From Balanoglossus misakiensis (taxonomy: Eukaryota > Animalia > Hemichordata), in NCBI GenBank assembly GCA_040954595.2, contig JBECUI020000027.1, positions 386,630 through 450,629 on the forward strand: a stretch of 64,000 nt of DNA, in the 5' to 3' direction. The notes beneath the pieces were generated by a model that saw only the letters and a program-made list of their open reading frames with translations, searched no databases and was not told the DNA's origin. Below are positions 32,301 to 39,930 of this stretch, in pieces; position 1 is the first letter of the stretch, and the number at the start of each line of letters is the position of its first letter. Made by a program: the position numbers and the translations under genes.

Positions 32301-32535
32301 TATTAACAACCTCGATGCTTTCTGGATTTTTTTGTCCCAACTCCACAAGAGTCAAAGTGGCTTGGTCCAAATAGCCCTGTTTGATAAGTTCCTCGACCCT
32401 CTGTAAAGTTCTTGCAGCCTCCTTCGGAGAAAGGACAGCATCTTCCCCTCCTCTCCCGAAAAGGGATAGGGGTATACTAAGAAGGAGATAAATGAGTATT
32501 AATCGTTTCCCCTTGTGTATGCTTTTAATTATCAC
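29371..32535 (-). CDS. Large helical/TPR-like exported hypothetical protein
   Basis: 1054-aa ORF, signal peptide, TPR-like segments, coupled to the downstream gene. Confidence 0.75.
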   Translation of the reverse strand: MIIKSIHKGKRLILIYLLLSIPLSLFGRGGEDAVLSPKEAARTLQRVEELIKQGYLDQATLTLVELGQKNPESIEVVNRLIKEINASRIQYDAVYSQLLEALDQGRIEESQELILLLEKMDVDPNSRTRNLLALVRLIAEKKINEALLVKVIEEGNEFLYAGQYSEAVASYHRGFELYRKTFMNFVLLAEDDATGDKAVPLMFEKDPQRWDKVRQAYLSLGRPIANLIQELDASLAAWEGSYDETNLEVKEKLEFLGSSSPADWSFFFADMEKIFSREDELYQRVLDIEEQVGTYWQDLNQRLDEVPGDFWLYFINIFLLGRQGVLEPEGILVSLDARWNALFEEVLGALEDLLEDRLNQGRNAFATNSWDSALDGYSEATLISREMKNLLRLADYRLALEVEEDKKSELAQNHSALLAYLNELDEKLESWQVLVVLGRDLPPIPPFLRQERIDGLEESSTFISEQITWLKDMENALNQAVSLGTADPRIQSLQTRLAEDTTEIRDAYEKRLTFFLDSAIGFDYEKLLTLIQGLGEESEKKYREYLGISTGDNTGNEPPERYPTRYLNEIILPSQNILDRTEEEIEDSIQQYQELVYGGYDFKNNEDVSFQRVQAVAEATKKQRIVLTSYDQKASNYVRAARRAEAETANDFILAENYYQEALEFLDGAKYEEALVTFDLSLAALEDVLTGYLKIYENDRDIAGATGFEEKREELISRITTSRRGVAVQMARSTINEARLLYEEGVYREGLNLVSRTKEFWEKTRGEANAELDRLEIRFLDAEKALSQSQINTENPLYTEMSQYMNLALKYYLVGKKLNEESSNQSESMEAFDIAAEFIAQVKRVFPRNSEVLTLEQKILKETFPEKFAEEARALINEVRGIILQGETDRAWETLPKLQSLEEIAPELEGLIGLISDLEIFLGLKDPPPDPIKLERSSALTEESQQLWEEAVEQARGAFVADRVRELLDEALEINPNNIQAAALKDNIARSVGGNIVVTLSINDQLLFRRAQEFYAQANYPQAWALIRKLLDENLQNTRYAPLKELERRVQARL

Positions 32536-32712
32536 TTGTAGAAGCTCCGAAGAAAACCACTCAACTTATACTAATGTATACCTTATCGACATTTTAACAA
32601 GTCGGCTGGATTTCTCCGATAAAGAGTTATGAACCAGAAGAGCAAAAAACGTGCATACTTTAAATTTCTAGACCTGTTTTGGTAGAGTTCACAAAGTCTG
32701 GGGGTTATAATC

Positions 32713-33972
32713 ATGGTTGTGTCTAAATTTTTTTTGATTCTCATATTCCTCTTCTTTCTTTCCTTCCCGCTCCTCGGAGATAGTAACGATACCTATAACG
32801 ATATCAGCACTTGGTTCGGGGTCGATCCCAATGCTGGACAAAATTCCTTTTTAATTCTCCTAACTCCTCCTGGAGGCAAATACGAAGGTCTGGCCTCGAC
32901 CTATACGGCCATGGCCCTCGATGGAGGTTATCTGGAAGCTAATCCGGCCTCAGGTGCCCTGCTTCCCCAACGGGAGCTAGCCTTTACCCATAACGACTGG
33001 ATAGCCGACTCCGCCTTGGAAACGGCTTATTACACTTTTCGTCCCAAACAACTTCAGAACATGGGATTGGGATTTTCCATGAAGTTCTTTCATGTCCCCT
33101 TTACCGCCTACAATGCCTGGGGCGAGCGTAATGTTGATGGAGGAAGCAGGAGCAACGCCGCAGGTTGGTACATTGAATCCATCGGTACAGCTAACATCTC
33201 CTATAATTTTTTTAATGATTATTATTTCAGCGGCCTTGCCGTCGGAGCCAGCATCAAGGTCGGTTACAGAGGAGTCTCCGCCACTCTGGAGGCAGGACAG
33301 AATTCCGTCGCCCTCATGGGCGATATAGGGCTCATGACCAGGTTCAATCTGCTCAAAGGCTACCTTTCCCAGGAAAAGAATTTTTCTGTAGGAGTTGCTG
33401 TTCAAAATTTGGGAAGTGAATTCATAGAAGAACCCGATCCCCTCCCTTCGCTTTTAAGGGCAGGCTTTGTCTACAAACCGCTCTCCTTTCTTTCTATAGC
33501 GGCAGATCTTCACATTCCTTTTAATCTGGATGGTTCTACCAGCGAACTTCCCTATGGCAGCCTGGGCTTCGATGTCGTAGCCGCCAGCTTTCTTTCGTTC
33601 CACGGGGGAGCTATGCTCAAGGCTGGAAAGCCGAGATTCGCCCTGGGAGTCAATATAAACTTCAAAGACTTTGCTCTGATTAGTAACTACACCTTTGACC
33701 TGGCCACCCAATTTTCCTTTCTTGACCGCGTGAGTATGGGGATTAAATTTAACCTGGGTGCTCCCTCCATTCTGCTGATTCAGAAAAAAGTTGAAACATA
33801 CTACCTGGAAGGACTGCAGTACTACGCTGAGGGAGAACTGGAACAGGCTGCAAACAAATGGGAGATGTGTCTTTCACTCGATCCCAAATTCAATCCCGCC
33901 AAGGAAATGCTCAGCACGGTTCAACGGACCATAGAACTCAGGGAGTTAACCAGGAAGCTCTTGGAGCTGTAG
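32713..33972 (+). CDS. UPF0164 family outer-membrane protein with a C-terminal TPR
   Basis: DPNAGQNSFLILLTPPGGKYEGLA...ANPASGA...HNDWIADS, typical of the spirochete UPF0164 family. Confidence 0.8.
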   Translation: MVVSKFFLILIFLFFLSFPLLGDSNDTYNDISTWFGVDPNAGQNSFLILLTPPGGKYEGLASTYTAMALDGGYLEANPASGALLPQRELAFTHNDWIADSALETAYYTFRPKQLQNMGLGFSMKFFHVPFTAYNAWGERNVDGGSRSNAAGWYIESIGTANISYNFFNDYYFSGLAVGASIKVGYRGVSATLEAGQNSVALMGDIGLMTRFNLLKGYLSQEKNFSVGVAVQNLGSEFIEEPDPLPSLLRAGFVYKPLSFLSIAADLHIPFNLDGSTSELPYGSLGFDVVAASFLSFHGGAMLKAGKPRFALGVNINFKDFALISNYTFDLATQFSFLDRVSMGIKFNLGAPSILLIQKKVETYYLEGLQYYAEGELEQAANKWEMCLSLDPKFNPAKEMLSTVQRTIELRELTRKLLEL

Positions 33973-34731
33973 CTAGACTTTTAACGATTCATGCAGAACA
34001 AAGAGAGGGAAATCTCCAACGGTCCGAGCTAGAAACTCCATGGACAATTCGGGGTCCTCAGGGGATTTCTTTCTCCAGGACTTCAGCAGTGCCTGGCCTT
34101 TACGCAGCTTCTTCCGCCCCAGGGCCATGGCTGTGTCCTGCCATAAGAGACGAAGTTCTCCCGTACTGGCAATAGAAGGGATAAAAATAAGACGCCCTTC
34201 CAGCAGTTCAGTAAGGAGAAAGCGCCGGGAGCCATCTTCCAAAGATTCCAAAAAGAGTTCCACTTCAACAAGAAGGTCGTTTTTTGTAAATTGGATTTGG
34301 TCTACCAGCACCGTTCCTTCCGCCTGAGCCCGCAAAGTCCGCGGACTCTCCTTATTGCGCCGGCGAAGCCAAACCCACATTCCGCCTGCAGCTACAAGGG
34401 AAAGAACAATTTCATCCACTAAGGGAAGGGGATCTCTTATCACGTAGGAGAAGAAAAAGTACCCAAAAAGAAAGACCACACTGGAAAACAGAAATCTTAA
34501 GGGAAACTGTCTGTCAATTTCGTGAATTTCCACAGCCTTCCTCACCAGAGCATAAAGCTCCGATTTTAATTTACTCAATACCCCAGGCTCCGGTTCAGCT
34601 CCGTAACATCCATGAACCTCTCCCTTCTCCATGGCCAGCAGAAAAGAAGTCGGTTCATCCAACCTGTAAATAAATTGAACACCATGATTTCTCCTGATGA
34701 GCCATACCCTAAAAGGAAATCCCATTCCCAC
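33973..34731 (-). CDS. Hypothetical membrane protein
   Basis: Two TM segments around IRDPLPLVDE. Confidence 0.65.
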   Translation of the reverse strand: MGMGFPFRVWLIRRNHGVQFIYRLDEPTSFLLAMEKGEVHGCYGAEPEPGVLSKLKSELYALVRKAVEIHEIDRQFPLRFLFSSVVFLFGYFFFSYVIRDPLPLVDEIVLSLVAAGGMWVWLRRRNKESPRTLRAQAEGTVLVDQIQFTKNDLLVEVELFLESLEDGSRRFLLTELLEGRLIFIPSIASTGELRLLWQDTAMALGRKKLRKGQALLKSWRKKSPEDPELSMEFLARTVGDFPLFVLHESLKV

Positions 34732-34785
34732 CCCTTACATAGAACTATAAACTATGGAGTTAAGGATAACAGAATAAGAAGTTTT

Positions 34786-36096
34786 ATGAAAAGCGATGAG
34801 GAAATTCTACACCAGTATATTAACCGCCTGGAACTATGGCACAACAAGGTAGCTCCTCCAAGCGAAGAAGAACTGCGGAAGTTAGATGAAGAAATTCCCC
34901 TTACGATAAAGGGAAAAAAGAAACTGGAATCCCTGGCATACAACCACATTGTCCGAGCTCACCAGGCCCTGAAGACAAGGCAGTATGCCCTGGCCCTTGC
35001 AGAAATTAACCGGGCGGTGCTGCTTAAACCCCGAGACCCCGCTATACGTCTGGAATTGGCAGACGTCTACCTTCAGAGATCTCTGGACCGAGGCCATAAC
35101 CAAAAGGATCGCCGATTGGCATTACTTATTGCCGAGGCAGCTTTGGAAATTCAGCCTCGTTACCCCGAGGCAGTCCGATTTATCCAAGATTACCAAAAAA
35201 TCTTTAGCATCATTAAAAAGGTCAGGAAAAAACCCCGTTGGCTTATCTTTTTTCTGTTCATTGTGTTGATTGTTCTTTTGGGCTTCCTGTTCCGCAACAC
35301 TTGGCGGGAGTTCTTCTTTCCTGTTGTCGGCAGAACTCTGCCAACAGAGGAAACAATCCCCTTGCCCCCCATCCTTCCTATACGGGAAGTTCCCACCAAA
35401 CAGGACTCTCTTGCCGGCACAGGGCTGGAGGTCAATGGCATTTCTGCAGCCGTGGGAAGACGCATGGATGGTTCCTGGGTGGCCATCCAAGGACGTTTAA
35501 CCCTTAGGAAACAAACCATGCAAGAAATTGTTTTGGAAGTCAGAGGCCGGGATAATGAAGGCTCGCTAGTGTTTTCATTTCCTTGGACGGTGCAGGAAAT
35601 AGGGGATCCCCTTCTAAGAACCGGAGATACCCAGGCTCTGAACCTGTTCCGGTGGCTTGCCATAAGTGAAAGGAACATCACCCAACTGGAAATTCTTCCC
35701 CGTAACCTTGTTCAAGGCGACGGCAGTCCTCCCCCTCTGTATCCCGAAGGACGGATTGTCTGGGAAACTCCCCGTCCCGAAGGCGTCAGTTTGGCCATAG
35801 AAGTTCGAGAATTCCACATTACAGAAGCCTACGACAGGCAGGTTCTAAGGCTGGAATTGGGCCTGGAAAATACGGGAATTAAAGCCCTGGAATCCCTCGA
35901 GACCATAATCTCGCTAAGTTCCGACACCCTCCAAAGCCCCTGGATCCCCCTGGATGGCCAGGGAGCATCCCTGGCCCCCCAGGAAATCAGACGATACAAG
36001 GTCCTTCTTTCTATAGGACTAGATAAAATATTCAACAAAGAGGACCTAAGCATCTTGATGACCAGAGTCACCCCTGCTCTGGAGGCCACCCATTAA
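34786..36096 (+). CDS. TPR-containing membrane-anchored hypothetical protein
   Basis: TPR-like N-terminus and one TM. Start placed at MKSDEE to avoid overlap with the divergent gene. Confidence 0.7.
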   Translation: MKSDEEILHQYINRLELWHNKVAPPSEEELRKLDEEIPLTIKGKKKLESLAYNHIVRAHQALKTRQYALALAEINRAVLLKPRDPAIRLELADVYLQRSLDRGHNQKDRRLALLIAEAALEIQPRYPEAVRFIQDYQKIFSIIKKVRKKPRWLIFFLFIVLIVLLGFLFRNTWREFFFPVVGRTLPTEETIPLPPILPIREVPTKQDSLAGTGLEVNGISAAVGRRMDGSWVAIQGRLTLRKQTMQEIVLEVRGRDNEGSLVFSFPWTVQEIGDPLLRTGDTQALNLFRWLAISERNITQLEILPRNLVQGDGSPPPLYPEGRIVWETPRPEGVSLAIEVREFHITEAYDRQVLRLELGLENTGIKALESLETIISLSSDTLQSPWIPLDGQGASLAPQEIRRYKVLLSIGLDKIFNKEDLSILMTRVTPALEATH

Positions 36097-36242
36097 ATTC
36101 CGGGAAAGGAACTTATTGCCAAGCTGAGAACCCAAGCCCAACAATCCCCCGAGCATAAAAGTGGGAGGACATACACATTTTGACCTATTTCACAAAGAAT
36201 CACCCTCTTCCCTATATACCAATAATTTATTGACTTTCTTCC

Positions 36243-36465
36243 AGCCCCCCCCTCCCCAAAAGCCAAACCACACACCCAAGAGAAGAAAATATTCCCATAA
36301 CTTGTGATTTCTTAGCAAGAGTGATAAACTTATAAAAAATAAGCTATGCGCTGTAATAACTCAAACGCCTTTAAAAAACCTTGAGCCATAGTACGGACTT
36401 GACAAAAAAGCATCACAGCTCTATTGATTGTCAATCAAATTTAATTGTATAAGGAGAGCAAGCAT
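36243..36465 (+). promoter_or_regulatory. Upstream/promoter region of GLUG adhesin 1, duplicated at ~39706-39926; TTGACA-N17-(TATTGA/TACTAT/TAAGTT)
   Basis: TTGACA at 36399, 39861 and 43799, each with a 17-nt spacer. RBS AAGGAG at 36451, 39912 and 43851. Confidence 0.65.
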
Positions 36466-36469
36466 ATGA

Positions 36470-39076
36470 ATGTATCTATCAACTCACTCACTCACTCACT
36501 CACTCACTCACTCACTCACTCACTCACTCACTCACTCACTCACCCAACCACTTCCCCGCGTAAGAGATCAAAGAAAAACCTTAGCTAAAGCTAAACAACT
36601 CCTCCTTTTCCCCCTCGTTTTTTACATCTTAACTTCCTGTGCTAATCCTACTGCTCCTACCTTTGAAGCGCTTAGCTACCGGGACGAAGGCAGGGAAATC
36701 ACCATTACTGGCCTGGCAACACGAGACAACAGCAGCTTAAGCATACCCCCTTTCATTCATAACAAGCCCGTCACGGCCATTGCCAAGGCAGCCTTTAAAA
36801 ATTCATCCCTCAGCAGCGTGAGTATTCCAGACAGCGTAATTACCATAGGAGACGAAGCTTTCAACGCATCGGCTTCCTTAAGCGAAGTGCATCTAGGAAA
36901 CGGTATTAGCTCCATAGGCAGCCTGGCCTTCGCCGGGACGGCTCTGAACAAGCTCACCGTCCTGGCCCCATCGGCCCCCAGCGTTGCAGGCAGTCCCGCT
37001 GAAGCCTTCCCCGCCTCTCTAACAGAAATCACCCTGAACTACCCCATCGGAGCCGAGGGCTATTCCGAAGCCCCTTGGAGCGGCTTCGGCACACTTAAAG
37101 CGGTCCTAGACCCCGCTGTCATTGAAAATGTAGTCCAGGATTATCAAAGCCTTATCATCAGCCTCAAAGCCCTACCCGGCGTCACCATCACCGTAGAAGC
37201 CCACACCGAGGCCACCTTCTCAGGCGAAGCCGCTGCAAGGGCAGACTCTGACCCGACGGCTACAGCAGTCCAGGAGATAAGCTTGACTGGCCTGATTAAC
37301 GGTAGCACCTATCACCTGCGGGCCAAAGGAGACCAGGTCTCCCCTGCAAAGACAAGCGAATGGATAGAACTTCCCACTTCCTACTCTCCCCGCGGCATCG
37401 TCATTATTGATGCCACCCCCAGTTCGGGAAAAATCACGGTTGACGTTGGAGCTTCTGAAGGGATGGAAGCAAAACTCCAGGCATTCACCGACCAGGATTT
37501 TAGCATCATGGCCAAAGAAGCCTCCCTTATAGGTAAGCTCGACTCTCAAACAGTGGAAATAGACGGACTCAGCAAGGAAACCACCTACTACCTGCGGGCC
37601 CTGCTCACTGACGGCAGTGCTGAGCACCGCTATTCCACCCCCCTCATCCCTACCACCGACGGCAAGCAGTACATCCACCGCCTGAGCGAACTGGCCAAAA
37701 TCGGAGTGGATACGGAAAACTACCCCGATAACTGGAACTACGAGTTAAAAATTAACCTCAACTTTGCCGACGCCAACAACGACGGGGTTATGGATGACCC
37801 CTTTGACAGCGACGACAATGCCGATAACGGTAACTGGACACCTCTTACTCCTGGGGTTTATAGCGATACTGGAGCCTACCAAAGCGGTGGGTATGAGGGG
37901 AGCTTTGACGGTATGAACCACAGCATTGAGGGAATGATTATCACGACCCCTGAAGAGAATCGAGTCGGTTTATTTGAGGTCGTTGCTGCCAAAGGGAAAA
38001 TCGAGAATCTGGGGCTGCTGGGGGGCTCTGTCTTGGGGAATGCTAACGTAGGTACTTTGGTCGGTTATAGCCGAGGTACCATAAGCGGAAGCTATGCCAC
38101 TGGAGATGTCTCGGGGCAGGGTTTTTTTGTGGGTGGCTTGCTTGGGTATAGTACTGGCAGCATAGCAGACAGCTATGCTACCGGGGCAGTTACGGGGCAG
38201 GGCGACTATGTGGGTGGTTTGGTTGGAGATACGAGAGGACCCATAACAACAGGAAGCTATGCCACCGGTAATGTCTCGGGGCAGGGCCAAAATGTTGGTG
38301 GTTTGCTTGGGTTCAGCTCAGCTCTCATAACAAACAGCCATGCCACTGGGGATGTCTCGGGGCAGGGTCACAATGTGGGTGGTTTGGTTGGAAACAGCAC
38401 AAAGAATATAATAGGCAGCTATGCCACCGGGGATGTCTCGGGGGGGCAGGACCGGGTGGGTGGCTTGGTTGGGGATGTTTCTGGTGGTACCATAACGAAT
38501 AATTATGCCACTGGGTCGGTCACGGGGAGGTCTAACCTTGGCGGCTTGGTCGGACAATTGTGGACAGATACGAATAATCCCATAAGGGGTAGCTATGCCA
38601 CTGGGTCAGTCACGGGGACGAGTGCCCTTGGCGGCTTGGTCGGTTCGGTCTTTGCTGGTCCCATAACGAACAGCTATGCCACCGGAGATGTCTCGGGGGA
38701 ACGATCCGTAGGTGGCCTGGTCGGAGATAGCAGTGCTACCATAACAAACAGTTATGCCACCGGAGCTGTCTCGGCAACCATGGAGAACATTGGGAGGTTG
38801 CTAGGAAGACCGTCTCAAGATACCATAAGGAACAGCTACTACTATGACAACCAGACCATCACCCCCCCTGACAACGTCACTCCCAACACCGAAGGCAGCG
38901 CCGTAACCCTGGAACAACTAAAAACCTCAACCTGGTACACCGGAACCGACACGGACAATCTAGGCTGGTCCAACGATGCTTGGATCATCGACGGCCGGGT
39001 CAACGGTACTACCCCCTTCCACCCCCACATCAAAAACCTTCCAGACCAGCCCGACATCCCCCTTCCAACACTCTAA
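36470..39076 (+). CDS. Phase-variable surface lipoprotein 1: BspA-type LRR, Fn3-like domains and GLUG repeats
   Basis: Lipobox LTSC; VTAIAKAAF...IPDSVITIGDEAF LRRs; about 11 SYATGxVsG..VGGLVG repeats. In frame from ATG 36470, not from ATG 36466. Confidence 0.85.
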   Translation: MYLSTHSLTHSLTHSLTHSLTHSLTQPLPRVRDQRKTLAKAKQLLLFPLVFYILTSCANPTAPTFEALSYRDEGREITITGLATRDNSSLSIPPFIHNKPVTAIAKAAFKNSSLSSVSIPDSVITIGDEAFNASASLSEVHLGNGISSIGSLAFAGTALNKLTVLAPSAPSVAGSPAEAFPASLTEITLNYPIGAEGYSEAPWSGFGTLKAVLDPAVIENVVQDYQSLIISLKALPGVTITVEAHTEATFSGEAAARADSDPTATAVQEISLTGLINGSTYHLRAKGDQVSPAKTSEWIELPTSYSPRGIVIIDATPSSGKITVDVGASEGMEAKLQAFTDQDFSIMAKEASLIGKLDSQTVEIDGLSKETTYYLRALLTDGSAEHRYSTPLIPTTDGKQYIHRLSELAKIGVDTENYPDNWNYELKINLNFADANNDGVMDDPFDSDDNADNGNWTPLTPGVYSDTGAYQSGGYEGSFDGMNHSIEGMIITTPEENRVGLFEVVAAKGKIENLGLLGGSVLGNANVGTLVGYSRGTISGSYATGDVSGQGFFVGGLLGYSTGSIADSYATGAVTGQGDYVGGLVGDTRGPITTGSYATGNVSGQGQNVGGLLGFSSALITNSHATGDVSGQGHNVGGLVGNSTKNIIGSYATGDVSGGQDRVGGLVGDVSGGTITNNYATGSVTGRSNLGGLVGQLWTDTNNPIRGSYATGSVTGTSALGGLVGSVFAGPITNSYATGDVSGERSVGGLVGDSSATITNSYATGAVSATMENIGRLLGRPSQDTIRNSYYYDNQTITPPDNVTPNTEGSAVTLEQLKTSTWYTGTDTDNLGWSNDAWIIDGRVNGTTPFHPHIKNLPDQPDIPLPTL
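36482..36541 (+). repeat. (ACTC)15 SSR in the leader of GLUG adhesin 1
   Basis: Direct count; encodes (THSL)5. Confidence 0.95.
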
Positions 39077-39080
39077 CCAT

Positions 39081-39720
39081 ACCCCCCCCTGCATTTTCGG
39101 GGGGGGGGATGCTACCAAGCAAATCCCACACCAGCCCCCCCCTCCCCTGCATTTTCTGGGGGGGGGGATGCTACCAAGCAAGTCCCACACCAGCCCCCCC
39201 TCCCCTGCATTTTCTGGGGGGGGGATGCTACCAAGCAAGTCCCACACCATCCCCCCCCCTCCCCTGCATTTTCTGGGGGGGGGGATGCTACCAAGCAAGT
39301 CCCACACCAGCCCCCCCTTCCCTGCATTTTCTGGGGGGGGGGATGCTACCAAGCAAGTCCCACACCAGCCCCCCCTTCCCTGCATTTTCGGGGGGGGGCT
39401 ACCAAGCAAGTCCCACACCAGCCCCCCCTTCCCTGCATTTTCTGGGGGGGGGATGCTACCAAGCAAATCCCACACCAGCCCCCCCTTCCCTGCATTTTCT
39501 GGGGGGGGGATGCTACCAAGCAAATCCCACACCAGCCCCCCCTTCCCTGCATTTTCGGGGGGGGGATGCTACCAAGCAAGTCCCACACCAGCCCCCCCTC
39601 CCCTGCATTTTCGGGGGGGGGGGGGGTGCTACCAAGCAAATCTCACACCAGCCCCCCCTCCCCTGCATTTTCTGGGGGGGGGATGCTACCAAGCAAGTCC
39701 CACACCAGTCCCCCTCCCCA
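39081..39720 (+). repeat. 11 tandem copies of a ~57-bp unit (poly-C, TGCATTTTC, poly-G, ATGCTACCAAGCAARTCCCACACCAG)
   Basis: Eleven TGCATTTT cores counted. A single related copy lies at about 46788-46835. Confidence 0.95.
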
Positions 39721-39930
39721 AAAGCCAAACCACACACCCAAGAGAAGAAAATATTCCCATAACTTGTGATTTCTTAGCAAGAGTGATAAACTTATAAAAA
39801 ATAAGCTATGCGCTGTAATAACTCAAACGCCTTTAAAAAGCCTTGAGCCATAGTACGGACTTGACAAAAAAGCATCACAGCTCTACTATTGTCAATCAAA
39901 TTTAATTGTATAAGGAGATCAAGCATATGA

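Noticed and set aside
39081-39720. CRISPR array
   Set aside because: Units are repeated in full with no unique spacers, and there are no cas genes in the window.
38960-39797. Pro/Gly-rich ORFs on both strands
   Set aside because: Artefacts of translating the 57-bp tandem repeat.
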